Assembly (NCBI GenBank): GCA_947469485.1
Contig: CANIPU010000011.1
Span: 4,935 to 68,934, forward strand
Direction: 5' to 3'
Origin: Chitinophagaceae bacterium
Lineage (GTDB): Bacteria > Bacteroidota > Bacteroidia > Chitinophagales > UBA10324
Length of the DNA: 64,000 nucleotides
Of the stretch, positions 17,682 through 27,221 are shown piece after piece. Position 1 is the first letter of the stretch. Each line of letters begins with the position of its first letter. The notes beneath the pieces were generated by a model, which worked only from the letters and a program-made list of their open reading frames with translations, did no database searches and was not told the origin of the DNA. The translations under genes were made by a program, and so were the position numbers.

Positions 17682-18707
17682 ATGTCTTTTTCTTTTCGCG
17701 ATTCAACAAATTTTATTTCAAAACTTACACCTCGCCGTGCATTGAATGCCGGTAAAGTACTGGGCAGTTATTTTTATTCGCGAACAACTGGCAAGGCATC
17801 GTTATGGGGTTCACCAATCAGCATTTCATTTGAGCCAACTACGAGTTGCAATCTTCGCTGCCCGGAATGCCCCAGTGGTTTGCGTTCGTTCACGCGCGAT
17901 ACCGGAATGTTGCGGGAAGATTTTTTCAAACAAGTGATTGATGAAATGCATCAACACCTGATATATCTGATATTTTATTTTCAAGGCGAACCGTATCTGA
18001 ACACAAAATTTTTGGAAATGGTGAAACACGCATCATCGAAAAAAATTTATACAGCAACTTCCACCAATGCGCATTACCTGAATGATGAAGCTGCAAAAAA
18101 AACTATCGAATCAGGATTGGACAGATTAATTATTTCTATTGATGGAACCACACAGGATGTGTATGAAAATTATCGTGTGGGCGGACAACTTTCTAAAGTA
18201 ATTGAAGGCACAAAAAATATTGTGAAGTGGCGCAAACAGTTGAAAAGCAAAACACCGATGATTGTTTTTCAATTTCTGGTAGTGAAGCCGAACGAACATC
18301 AGATAGAAGCAGTAAAAAAACTAGGGACGGAATTAGGCGTGGATGATGTGTGGTTTAAAACCGCGCAGGTGTATGATTACGAAAACGGAAATGATTTAAT
18401 TCCGACTATAGAAAAATTTTCACGCTACAAAAAGAATTCATCGGGCAAATGGAGTATCAAAAATAAATTGCTCAATCACTGCTGGAAAATGTGGCATTCA
18501 TGTGTAGTTACCTGGGATGGTTGGGTTGTGCCGTGTTGTTTCGATAAAGATGCTCAACACAAACTCGGTTCTCTGAAGCAACAAAGTTTTAAAGAGTTGT
18601 GGCGAAATAAATCGTATCAGAATTTCCGTACTTCCTTATTAAAAGCCAGAAGTGAAATTGATATATGTACTAATTGTACAGAGGGAACAAAAGTGTGGAG
18701 TGAATAA
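17682..18707 (+). CDS. Radical SAM / SPASM-domain protein
   Basis: CNLRCPEC (CxxxCxxC), FQGEPYLN, and a C-terminal Cys cluster (C..WHSC....PCC....C.NC). Confidence 0.85.
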   Translation: MSFSFRDSTNFISKLTPRRALNAGKVLGSYFYSRTTGKASLWGSPISISFEPTTSCNLRCPECPSGLRSFTRDTGMLREDFFKQVIDEMHQHLIYLIFYFQGEPYLNTKFLEMVKHASSKKIYTATSTNAHYLNDEAAKKTIESGLDRLIISIDGTTQDVYENYRVGGQLSKVIEGTKNIVKWRKQLKSKTPMIVFQFLVVKPNEHQIEAVKKLGTELGVDDVWFKTAQVYDYENGNDLIPTIEKFSRYKKNSSGKWSIKNKLLNHCWKMWHSCVVTWDGWVVPCCFDKDAQHKLGSLKQQSFKELWRNKSYQNFRTSLLKARSEIDICTNCTEGTKVWSE

Positions 18708-18729
18708 TTCAATGTGAAAATAATTTCAC

Positions 18730-19062
18730 TTAATTTTTTTCAACGAACACAGCAGTACCATATGCAAGCACTTCGGTTACTCCATCAGTAATTTCATTTG
18801 CATCATACCTAAATCCGACAATAGCATTGGCTCCCATCTGCATTGCTTTGCTTATCATTTCATTTTTTGCATCCAACCGTGTACGCTCACACAATTCAGA
18901 ATAGAGCGTAATATTTCCACCGAGCAATTGCTGAAAACTTGCGCCAATGTTTCCGAAAATACTGCGCGAGCGAACCATTATTCCCTGTGCAATTCCCAGA
19001 TTGCGAACGATTCTATACCCTGGTAAATCAATTCCCGTAGTGATGTTTGCTAGCTCTAACAT
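18730..19062 (-). CDS. YbjQ/UPF0145 family protein
   Basis: MLELANITTGIDLPGYRIV...YGTAV resembles YbjQ (~105 aa). ATG at 19062 is preferred; the track's TTG at 19116 lies inside the frr terminator hairpin. Confidence 0.8.
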   Translation of the reverse strand: MLELANITTGIDLPGYRIVRNLGIAQGIMVRSRSIFGNIGASFQQLLGGNITLYSELCERTRLDAKNEMISKAMQMGANAIVGFRYDANEITDGVTEVLAYGTAVFVEKN

Positions 19063-19110
19063 TCTTTCTGATTTAGTTTTTTCAAAAATATATTTTTCAA
19101 ATCTATTAAA

Positions 19111-19147
19111 AATCAAAGGGCAACTTTTGTTGCCCTTTGATTTTTTG
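19111..19147 (-). terminator. Rho-independent terminator after frr
   Basis: 14-bp perfect stem AATCAAAGGGCAAC-tttt-GTTGCCCTTTGATT flanked by A/T runs. Confidence 0.8.
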
Positions 19148-19169
19148 GTTTTTCAATTTTAGTTATTTG

Positions 19170-19727
19170 TTAAACAGTCATTATTTCTTTCTCCTTTGTT
19201 TCCATATGCTTCTCTATTATTCCTGAATATTTATCGGTTAGTGCCTGAACTTTTGCTTCGCCATCTTTTATTGCATCTTCCGGAACATGTTCTTTTGCTA
19301 ATTTGCGAATGTGTTCGTTGGTGTCGCGACGGATATTGCGAATGCTCACTCGAGCAGCTTCAGCCATCACATGCGCCTTCTTCACATATTCTCTGCGGCG
19401 CTCTTCAGTTGGAGGAGGCATAAAAAGTTTAATAGTGTTTCCGTCGTTATGCGGATTAATGCCAAGGTTAGCTGCTTGAATGGCTTTATCAATCAACTCC
19501 AGATTTTTCTTTTCCCATGGTTGAATATTCAGTGTGCGTGCATCGGCAACCGCTACATTCGCCACCTGATTGATCGGAGTTTGTGTTCCGTAATAATCAA
19601 TTGTAATTCCATCAACAATATTGGGGGTAATTTTACCGGCACGAACTTTTAAAAGTTCAACTTCTAGATGCTGCACAATTTTATCCATGTGTCCACGGCA
19701 GTCGTTCAATAAACTATCAATCGTCAT
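19170..19727 (-). CDS. frr: Ribosome recycling factor
   Basis: 185 aa, full-length RRF resemblance. Confidence 0.97.
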   Translation of the reverse strand: MTIDSLLNDCRGHMDKIVQHLEVELLKVRAGKITPNIVDGITIDYYGTQTPINQVANVAVADARTLNIQPWEKKNLELIDKAIQAANLGINPHNDGNTIKLFMPPPTEERRREYVKKAHVMAEAARVSIRNIRRDTNEHIRKLAKEHVPEDAIKDGEAKVQALTDKYSGIIEKHMETKEKEIMTV

Positions 19728-19758
19728 AATTATTTTTTTAAAGTGTTCAAAATTAAAA

Positions 19759-20472
19759 TCAATTCTTTACTAAAGTGCCTATCTTTTTTCCTTGTAATAC
19801 TTTTAATAAATTACCGGGTTCATTAGCATTAAAAACGATTATAGGTAAATTATTTTCCTGGCATAAAGTGAATGCGGTCATGTCCATTACATTAAGATTT
19901 TTCTGATATGCTTCCTTGAATGAAATGGTTTCGAATTTTTTTGCACTTTTATTTTTCTCAGGGTCCTCTGAATAAATTCCATCCACACGAGTTCCTTTTA
20001 ATAATACTTCTGCTTCAATTTCAATTCCCCGAAGAGCAGCTGCAGTATCTGTTGTAAAATATGGATTACCGGTTCCGGCTCCAAATATCACAACTCTTCC
20101 TTTTTCTAAATGACGAATTGCGCGACGGCGGATATATGGTTCGCAAACCTGTTCAATTTTTATTGCCGATTGTAAACGAGTTGGAACTCCTGAATGTTCA
20201 ATGATACTTTGCAAGGCAATGCCGTTCATTAATGTAGCCATCATTCCCATATAATCACCTTGGGCACGGTCAATGCCGCTTCCTTCAGCATCCATTCCGC
20301 GGAAAATATTGCCTCCTCCAATAACAATTGCTACCTGAACTCCTGCATTGACTGCACTTTTAATTTCCTGAGCATAGAGCTTGGTCATTTCCGGATCAAT
20401 TCCGAATTGCTGCTTTCCCATTAGTGATTCTCCACTGAGCTTTAGCAGGATTCTTTTGTATTTGGATGGCAT
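19759..20472 (-). CDS. pyrH: UMP kinase
   Basis: 237 aa. [21 protein letters not shown]. Confidence 0.97.
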   Translation of the reverse strand: MPSKYKRILLKLSGESLMGKQQFGIDPEMTKLYAQEIKSAVNAGVQVAIVIGGGNIFRGMDAEGSGIDRAQGDYMGMMATLMNGIALQSIIEHSGVPTRLQSAIKIEQVCEPYIRRRAIRHLEKGRVVIFGAGTGNPYFTTDTAAALRGIEIEAEVLLKGTRVDGIYSEDPEKNKSAKKFETISFKEAYQKNLNVMDMTAFTLCQENNLPIIVFNANEPGNLLKVLQGKKIGTLVKN

Positions 20473-20534
20473 GATTACAAAGTGAAAAATTAAAAGTGAA
20501 AAGGAATTTTTTTTAGCGGGCGAAAAGTAATCAC

Positions 20535-20570
20535 AAAAAAAAAGCTTCGATAAAATCGAAGCTTTTTTCT
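20535..20570 (-). terminator. Rho-independent (bidirectional-type) terminator after tsf
   Basis: AAGCTTCGA-taaaa-TCGAAGCTT flanked by an A9 run and a T6 run, directly downstream of the tsf stop. Confidence 0.8.
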
Positions 20571-20572
20571 TT

Positions 20573-21400
20573 TTAGCTCAGTGACATTCTCACAAACGAA
20601 TTAACTTTTAAATTCGGGTCAATTTCTTTCAACACATCCGCCACAGTTTTATCATTGTTCTTTACGAACTGCTGATTCACCAAAGTGTTTTCTTTAAAGA
20701 ATTTCTGCAACTTACCTGCAGCAATCTTATCAATCATGTTTTCAGGTTTGCCTTCGGCTTTAATTTGTTCGCGTGCAATATCCAATTCACGATCAATTGT
20801 TGCTTGCGGTACATCATCCTTATCAACGGATACTGGACTCATAGCAGCAATCTGCATGGCAATGTCTTTTCCGGTTGTTTCTAATTTAGGTGAATTAATG
20901 CTGTAAGAAACTAAAACACCAACTTTATAACCGGTGTGTATATAAGGTACAACGAGTGCCCCTTCAATGCGTTCAAATTTTTTGATTGAAATATTCTCGC
21001 CGATTTTTCCAACCAGATCAGAAATTCTGTCTCCAACTGTGCGAGATTCATAAGGAAGCGACATCGCTTCGGCAACAGTTTTTACATTGTTAATCAATGC
21101 GAGTTCAGCTACTTCTTTTGCAAAACCAACAAACTCTTCATTTTTCCCAACGAAATCGGTTTCGCAACCAAGATTCAATGCAATACCTGATTTTCCGTCA
21201 ATTGAAGTAATAGCAATTACTACTCCCTCTTTCGCATCGCGATCAGAACGAAGTGCTGCTACTTTTTGTCCTTTCTTCCGGAGTATATCTATTGCAGCTT
21301 CAAAATCTCCATTTGCTTCCACCAATGCTTTCTTGCAATCCATAAGACCTGCGCCTGTTTTTTTGCGTAGTTCGTTAACGGCTGATGCAGTTATTTCCAT
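20573..21400 (-). CDS. tsf: Elongation factor Ts
   Basis: 275 aa. N-terminal UBA-like [19 protein letters not shown]. Confidence 0.97.
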   Translation of the reverse strand: MEITASAVNELRKKTGAGLMDCKKALVEANGDFEAAIDILRKKGQKVAALRSDRDAKEGVVIAITSIDGKSGIALNLGCETDFVGKNEEFVGFAKEVAELALINNVKTVAEAMSLPYESRTVGDRISDLVGKIGENISIKKFERIEGALVVPYIHTGYKVGVLVSYSINSPKLETTGKDIAMQIAAMSPVSVDKDDVPQATIDRELDIAREQIKAEGKPENMIDKIAAGKLQKFFKENTLVNQQFVKNNDKTVADVLKEIDPNLKVNSFVRMSLS

Positions 21401-21429
21401 TTTATTATTCTAGGTTTATATTTTATAAA

Positions 21430-22332
21430 TTATTTACGAGTGCGGTTTCCGCCACCAGCTCCTGCCGGACGGCTCCCTCCGCTTCTTCCAGGTCCTCCGG
21501 ATTTACTTCCTCCTCTGCTACCTGCGCCTCTAGGTGCTTTTTTCTTTTCTCCATCACCACCTTCTTCAACTTCAACAAAACCGCCTCTTCCTTCCTGATG
21601 ATCATCGCCATCTTCGCCTCCTTCAGAAGCCACATCCTTATCTTTCTTTCTTTCACCTAATCCTTCAATCATTGCTTCTGTTAGGAAATTTGTGATTATA
21701 GAAATTGATTTTGTAGCGTCATCATTAGCAGGAATAGCAAAGTCAACTGTTGTTGGGTCTGAATTAGTATCAACCATTCCAAAAGTTGGAATATTTAATC
21801 TTTTAGCTTCAGCTAAAGCAATGTGTTCATGTGTAATGTCAACTAAATAAATTGCTGCAGGTAGTCTTCCAAGTTGAGCAATACCGCCAAGTACTTTTTC
21901 AAGTTTAGCTCTTTCACGCTCTAACTGAAGACGCTCTTTTTTAGTTATGTTTTCAAATGTTCCATCGTTCATCATCTTCTCAATGCTCTGCATTTTTTTG
22001 ATTGACTTACGAATGGTAGAAAAATTTGTCAACATTCCGCCAAGCCATCTTTCAGTAACAAATGGCATGTTAACACGAGTGGCTGCGTCAGCAACAATTG
22101 CTTTCGCCTGCTTTTTAGTTGCAACAAACAATATTTTCTTTCCACTGCGTGCAATGCTTCTTAATGCAGATGCTGCAGCTTCAGATGCTTCAATGGTTTT
22201 ATTAAGGTCTATAAGATGAATTCCTTTTTTCTCCATGAAGATATAAGGAAGCATTTTAGGATTCCACTTTTTGCGCAAGTGCCCAAAGTGAACTCCTGCG
22301 TCTAATAAATCGGTGTGGGTTAGTTTTTCCAT
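21430..22332 (-). CDS. rpsB: 30S ribosomal protein S2 with a ~75-aa low-complexity C-terminal extension
   Basis: MEKLTHTDLLDAGVHFGH... is the canonical S2 N-terminus (ATG at 22332). The track's upstream extension would overlap rpsI. Confidence 0.95.
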   Translation of the reverse strand: MEKLTHTDLLDAGVHFGHLRKKWNPKMLPYIFMEKKGIHLIDLNKTIEASEAAASALRSIARSGKKILFVATKKQAKAIVADAATRVNMPFVTERWLGGMLTNFSTIRKSIKKMQSIEKMMNDGTFENITKKERLQLERERAKLEKVLGGIAQLGRLPAAIYLVDITHEHIALAEAKRLNIPTFGMVDTNSDPTTVDFAIPANDDATKSISIITNFLTEAMIEGLGERKKDKDVASEGGEDGDDHQEGRGGFVEVEEGGDGEKKKAPRGAGSRGGSKSGGPGRSGGSRPAGAGGGNRTRK

Positions 22333-22369
22333 TATGATGTAATGAATTGTAGATTTTAAATTGAAAAGA

Positions 22370-22759
22370 TTAACGCTTGCTGAATTGGAAGCTCTTGCGT
22401 GCTTTTTTCTTACCTGGTTTTTTACGCTCAACTGAACGAGGATCGCGGGTAAGTAATCCGTTTGGTTTTAAAATAACACGGTATTCCGCATTTATTTTTA
22501 ACAAACCGCGTGATATTCCGAGGCGAATAGCTTCAGACTGGCCTTTTACGCCACCACCTGCTGTATTTGCTTCTACATCATATTGACCAACAATGTTTAA
22601 CAGCATAAATGGTTGTTCAAGCAATTGCTGGTATATTGCCTGAGGAAAATATTTTTTATATTCAACACCATTTATTGTAATTTTTCCAGAGCCGCCTGAA
22701 ATAATATTTACACGGGCTGTTGCTTCTTTTCTTCTTCCGAGTGCGATAGTTTTTTCCAT
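22370..22759 (-). CDS. rpsI: 30S ribosomal protein S9
   Basis: 129 aa, ends ...KKARKSFQFSKR. Confidence 0.97.
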   Translation of the reverse strand: MEKTIALGRRKEATARVNIISGGSGKITINGVEYKKYFPQAIYQQLLEQPFMLLNIVGQYDVEANTAGGGVKGQSEAIRLGISRGLLKINAEYRVILKPNGLLTRDPRSVERKKPGKKKARKSFQFSKR

Positions 22760-22765
22760 GCTATA

Positions 22766-23206
22766 TTATTTGATGGTTTTTGGTTGTTGAGCTTGATGAG
22801 GATGTTCAGTTCCACCATAAACAAATAACTTCTTGAACATTGCGTTTCCGAGTTTTGTATGAGGCAACATATCCTTTACTGCATTTTCAATCATACGCTC
22901 AGGTATACGGGCAAGCAAATCACGGGCAATTTCTGACCGCTGTCCGCCAGGGTAACCTGTATGATGTATTGTTTCTTTTGTATCCATCTTTTTACCGGTT
23001 AACTTTACTTTACCAGCATTTAGAACAATAACAAAGTCACCGGTATCGCAGTGAGCTGTGTAAGATGGTTTGTTTTTGCCCATGAGAATCATGGCAATTT
23101 TTGATGCAAGTCGACCAAGTACTTTGTCTTCAGCATCTATTAGATGCCACTCGCGTTTAACTGTTGCCGAATTGGCGTGTTTGGTTCTGTAACTAAGCGT
23201 ATCCAC
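22766..23206 (-). CDS. rplM: 50S ribosomal protein L13
   Basis: 146 aa. [21 protein letters not shown] start by my reading. Confidence 0.97.
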   Translation of the reverse strand: MDTLSYRTKHANSATVKREWHLIDAEDKVLGRLASKIAMILMGKNKPSYTAHCDTGDFVIVLNAGKVKLTGKKMDTKETIHHTGYPGGQRSEIARDLLARIPERMIENAVKDMLPHTKLGNAMFKKLFVYGGTEHPHQAQQPKTIK

Positions 23207-23232
23207 TTTACTTTCTTTTTTTTAAGGGACGG

Positions 23233-23240
23233 CAAATGTA
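23233..23240 (-). promoter_or_regulatory. Putative -7 box (TACATTTG on the minus strand) for rplM-rpsI-rpsB-tsf
   Basis: CAAATGTA on the plus strand, 26 nt upstream of the rplM start. Confidence 0.6.
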
Positions 23241-23319
23241 ACGGCTCAATCGGCTTTTCCAAACTTTTATTTTGATATTTTAAAAATGTTGGGCGAAATT
23301 GGCATTGATAATCAATAGT

Positions 23320-23412
23320 ATTCTGGATAGATTTCTAAAAATGCTCTCAATATTCTGAGTAAATCAAAGTTCAATTCTGGATTCTTCAATACAATAGCTG
23401 ATTCTGAGTAAA
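23320..23412. repeat. Four spaced copies of ATTCTGRRT in the rplM/methyltransferase intergenic region
   Basis: ATTCTGGATAG at 23320, ATTCTGAGTAAA at 23352, ATTCTGGATTC at 23374, ATTCTGAGTAAA at 23401. Copies 1 and 4 are both preceded by CAATAG. Confidence 0.6.
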
Positions 23413-23511
23413 AAGAATTTTCTTTTTCTATAGATTGAATGAAAAATTAAATTGTTTTATTGCATTCATAATTTTGATTGGAAAGAATTAAATTAATAAT
23501 CCCGAACAAAA

Positions 23512-24162
23512 ATGAACTACGAAAGAATTTATAAATACCGGTTTCAGGGAATTGATCAGAAGAAAAAGAAAATTGTGTGGACTGAAATATCAAAATTCAT
23601 TTTTAAAAAATTAGCTCAGCCTGAAAAAATATTAGAACCTGCTGCCGGACTTTGCGAATTTATCAATTTGGTTCCGGCAAAAGAAAAATGGGCGATTGAT
23701 TTAAATGAAGAGTTTATAAAAAAATGGGCTGATAGCGATGTGAAAATTCTTATTGGAGATGTTTTCAAAATCAATTTACCTGAAAATTATTTTGATGGTA
23801 TATTTATTTCAAATTTTCTGGAGCACCTGCATTCACAGGAAGAAGTTGCTGACTTGCTGGAAAAGTTATTTAAGTCATTGCGAAAAGGCGGAAAGATTGC
23901 AGTAATGGGACCCAACTTTAAATTTGTATACAAACAGTATTTTGATTTTGCCGATCACACAGTTATACTTTCAGAACTTGGTTTAGCAGAACATTTATAT
24001 GGTGCCGGATTTACAGTTAATGAAATTCACCCTAAATTTTTACCTCTTTCATTCAGAGGCGGTTTACCTGTAAACAAATTTTTGGTTAGTTTGTATTTAT
24101 CTATTCCATTGGCATGGAAATTTATGGGGAAACAATTTTTAGTGACTGCTACTAAAGAATAA
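23512..24162 (+). CDS. Class I SAM-dependent methyltransferase
   Basis: 216 aa. Motif I-like ILEPAAGLCEF, plus DGIFISNFLEHL and GGKIAV, typical of the Methyltransf_11/23-type fold. Confidence 0.8.
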   Translation: MNYERIYKYRFQGIDQKKKKIVWTEISKFIFKKLAQPEKILEPAAGLCEFINLVPAKEKWAIDLNEEFIKKWADSDVKILIGDVFKINLPENYFDGIFISNFLEHLHSQEEVADLLEKLFKSLRKGGKIAVMGPNFKFVYKQYFDFADHTVILSELGLAEHLYGAGFTVNEIHPKFLPLSFRGGLPVNKFLVSLYLSIPLAWKFMGKQFLVTATKE

Positions 24163-24246
24163 ATGACCGTTATATTATTAAATCGACCGGATTTAGAAAA
24201 TTAAATTGTTTGCTTTGAATTTCATTCTATAAACAGAAAAAAGCTG

Positions 24247-25794
24247 ATGTTAAGTCATAAACTGATCGAAATATTAAGCAATAAAAAAACCTATTGGATT
24301 TTAATTTTCTTAAACTTAATTGTCAGCATAACTGTATTTATTCTTAACAGGAATTCCCTCGGCGGTGATTACGCTACTTATTCCAGTTTGGCGGAAGGAC
24401 TATTGAAAGGAAAATATTCAATGTATTATTTTTTACAAGAAAAATTTCCAGATACCTATCGAAACCCTGGCTATCCAATTTTTTTGGCTATATTAAAAAT
24501 ATTTTCCCCTTCAATAATATTTGTGCAAATAGTTCAACTAGCAATTTATTTCTTAACTATTATTATTTCTATAAAAATACTAAATCATTATTTTAACGAC
24601 AACGATTACATAAAAAATTTATTCCTTTTCTTCTTGTTGATCAATATAAACATTGTAATGCTTTCCACTTATTTTCTACCAGAAATATTAATGTCATTTT
24701 TGATTCTATTTTCCTTTTATTTTGAACTTAAATTTACAAAAAATAATTATTTTAAATTTCTATTTCTTGGATTATTATATGGAATAATTTTTCAAGTTCG
24801 ACCTATATTTCTTTTTTTTCCAATATTAAAAGTTGTAATCGATTTTTTTTTAAATCGCACCAATTTTAAATTCATTAAATATTTGACGATGATTTTCATC
24901 TATTTTCTTTCAATGATCCCTTTTGGCTTATGGAATTATTTTCATCATGGAGTTTTTAAAATTACTTCTTTAAAAGGGGGTGCAGAAGTTTTGAATTCCG
25001 GATATTGGGCTCAAAAAATCCCAAATTATGAAGAACATAGATCCTTCGGGAATATGTTTTATGAAGAACCGCTTCTTTTTATTAATCTTAAGGATAAATC
25101 TAGGAATATTGAAAATTATAATAAAGAATGGGATTATATTGATTCTGCTAGTTTAAAGTATTTAACAAATGTTGATATGTTTTATAAAGAATTAAAAGCT
25201 GAAAAGAAAAAGGCAGATCAATTTAGAAAAAATTTAAAAGAACACCATATATATGATTCAATTTCTCCGTCACATAAAAGCATTTATTCATCTATAATTG
25301 GAAATAAACTAAAAGAACATTCAATATTTGATTCTATTCCAATCACTTTTAGTAGCCGCTATACAATTGAAAGAGAAAAAATAATATTGGATGTTACATT
25401 AAAAGATATTATTAATGATAAAGAGTATGTCATCAAGTCAAAAATTTATTCTGCAATCAGATTATGGGTTACAGGTATACCACTAGCTAAATTCAGGAAT
25501 GCAACATTGAAAGTAAAATTACTTCTTTTGTGTCCAATGTTTTTAACCGGGTTTATTTTTTTACTTTCCATCATTTTTATTCCAATTGCATTTATAAAAT
25601 TCAAAATTCTATATGCAAAACTTCATTCAATACTAATAATCATAATTTATTTTGGATTAATTCATGTTCCTTTTGTTATTCAATCACGATATACAATTCC
25701 AGTAAGAATGTTGTTATTAATAGTTTTATCTGTAAGTATCTATTATGTATTATTTAAACCTATAGTAAAGGATGAAGAATTAATAAAAAGTTAA
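24247..25794 (+). CDS. Polytopic membrane glycosyltransferase, GT-C fold (GT39/ArnT/PMT_2-like)
   Basis: 515 aa, more than 10 TM spans, first-loop motif YRNPGYPIFLAIL, and a ~150-aa Lys-rich soluble insert. Visibly very AT-rich. Confidence 0.7.
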   Translation: MLSHKLIEILSNKKTYWILIFLNLIVSITVFILNRNSLGGDYATYSSLAEGLLKGKYSMYYFLQEKFPDTYRNPGYPIFLAILKIFSPSIIFVQIVQLAIYFLTIIISIKILNHYFNDNDYIKNLFLFFLLININIVMLSTYFLPEILMSFLILFSFYFELKFTKNNYFKFLFLGLLYGIIFQVRPIFLFFPILKVVIDFFLNRTNFKFIKYLTMIFIYFLSMIPFGLWNYFHHGVFKITSLKGGAEVLNSGYWAQKIPNYEEHRSFGNMFYEEPLLFINLKDKSRNIENYNKEWDYIDSASLKYLTNVDMFYKELKAEKKKADQFRKNLKEHHIYDSISPSHKSIYSSIIGNKLKEHSIFDSIPITFSSRYTIEREKIILDVTLKDIINDKEYVIKSKIYSAIRLWVTGIPLAKFRNATLKVKLLLLCPMFLTGFIFLLSIIFIPIAFIKFKILYAKLHSILIIIIYFGLIHVPFVIQSRYTIPVRMLLLIVLSVSIYYVLFKPIVKDEELIKS

Positions 25795-25876
25795 TTACTT
25801 GTTCATAAAATTTTATCGATATAAGTTTGGGAAAGGACTTGTGTTTTAAGACTTTTACACCATAACGAACTTTTAA

Positions 25877-26446
25877 ATGTTAGAACAATTAAAATCTCAT
25901 ATTGAAGCTTTGGTGTTTTCGGCTGATCAGCCTATCACATTAGATGAAATACAATTAACCTTAACAAAACTTGCCGAGATAGAGGTTAGTAAGTTTGAAA
26001 TTGAAAATCATATAAATGAACTTGTAAAAAAATATGAATCAACTGATTATGCATTTCAGATTGTTCATCTGGCGAATGGATATCAGTTTTTTACCAAAAA
26101 TGAATATGCCGGGACTGTGGCTGAAATGCTGAAAAGCAAAATGAATAAAAGACTTAGCACAAATCAACTTGAAGTATTAAGTATAATAGCATATAAACAA
26201 CCAATTTCGAAGCCTGAAATTGAATCAATTCGTGGCGTTAATTGCGATTATTCAATTCAAAAATTGTTGGAGAAAGATTTAATTGCAATTAGTGGCAGGG
26301 CCGCACAGGTTGGAAAACCTATTTTATACAAAGTCAGCACTTTCTTCATGAATTATTTTGGAATTAATTCTCCGAGTGAATTACCTAAACTTAAGGACAT
26401 TGAGCAGCCGGAGGAAAATACCATCGGCGTATTATCAGAAAACTAA
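25877..26446 (+). CDS. scpB: Segregation and condensation protein B
   Basis: 189 aa. IEALVFSADQPITLDEI and two winged-helix halves (LEVLSIIAYKQPISKPEIESIRGV). Confidence 0.9.
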   Translation: MLEQLKSHIEALVFSADQPITLDEIQLTLTKLAEIEVSKFEIENHINELVKKYESTDYAFQIVHLANGYQFFTKNEYAGTVAEMLKSKMNKRLSTNQLEVLSIIAYKQPISKPEIESIRGVNCDYSIQKLLEKDLIAISGRAAQVGKPILYKVSTFFMNYFGINSPSELPKLKDIEQPEENTIGVLSEN

Positions 26447-26467
26447 GTTTTCATCGTTATACGGTTT

Positions 26468-27208
26468 ATGAAAAATCACATCAACTCGATTATAATCGGA
26501 GCTTGCATTGTAATAACTGCTGTTTTGCTTTCAGGTGCATGGGTCAAATCTCATCTGAACGACTCAAATAAAACGACTATACGGGTTACCGGAAAGGCCG
26601 ATAGAAATTTTACTAGTGATCTAATTGTTTGGAATGGTTCATTCAGTAAAAAATCTGAGACCCTTTCAGATGCTTATCAATTGGTAAAAAAAGATCAGGA
26701 TGTAGTAAATGCTTATCTTCAGCAAAAAGGAGTAAAAGAGGATGAAATAAAGTTTTCTTCTATTACAATTGATAAAAAATTTGAAAGTATTTATAACGAT
26801 AAAGGATATATCGTTCAAACTATTTTTAAAGGCTATGAACTAACACAAAATGTTTCTATTGAATCAAAAGAAGTAGATAAGGTTGAACAAATCTCTCGTG
26901 AAGTAACCGAATTGATAAATCAGGGGGTTGAGTTTTACAGCAATGAGCCCAGTTATTTTTTTACCAAACTTTCTGATTTGAAAATAGAATTACTGAAGGC
27001 AGCAACAGAAGATGCCCGGAAGCGCGCAGAAACAATTACCACGAATGCCGGAAGCGGATTATCGAACCTTGTAAAATCTTACATGGGAGTTTTTCAAATT
27101 ACAGCACAAAACTCAACTGAAGAATATGAATATGGTGGCAGCTATAACACTACTTCTAAAGCGAAAACAATTTCAATAACGGTTACCTTGGAGTACGAGT
27201 TGAAATAA
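26468..27208 (+). CDS. SIMPL (DUF541) domain protein
   Basis: 246 aa, N-terminal TM, and a pattern of the form TIRVTG.A......D...W..S... with ARKRAE....NAG. Confidence 0.7.
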   Translation: MKNHINSIIIGACIVITAVLLSGAWVKSHLNDSNKTTIRVTGKADRNFTSDLIVWNGSFSKKSETLSDAYQLVKKDQDVVNAYLQQKGVKEDEIKFSSITIDKKFESIYNDKGYIVQTIFKGYELTQNVSIESKEVDKVEQISREVTELINQGVEFYSNEPSYFFTKLSDLKIELLKAATEDARKRAETITTNAGSGLSNLVKSYMGVFQITAQNSTEEYEYGGSYNTTSKAKTISITVTLEYELK

Positions 27209-27221
27209 TATTTCAATGCAA

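Noticed and set aside
21385-21660. Plus-strand 91-aa ORF and out-of-frame minus-strand 77-aa ORF overlapping the 3' end of rpsB
   Set aside because: They are a by-product of the stop-poor GC-rich sequence encoding the S2 tail. The S2 frame is continuous with the conserved core.
23304-23316. Perfect 13-bp palindrome ATTGATAATCAAT, superficially Fur-box-like
   Set aside because: A 6+1+6 palindrome is expected many times by chance in 64 kb of AT-rich DNA. There is no second half-site array and no metal-related gene next to it.
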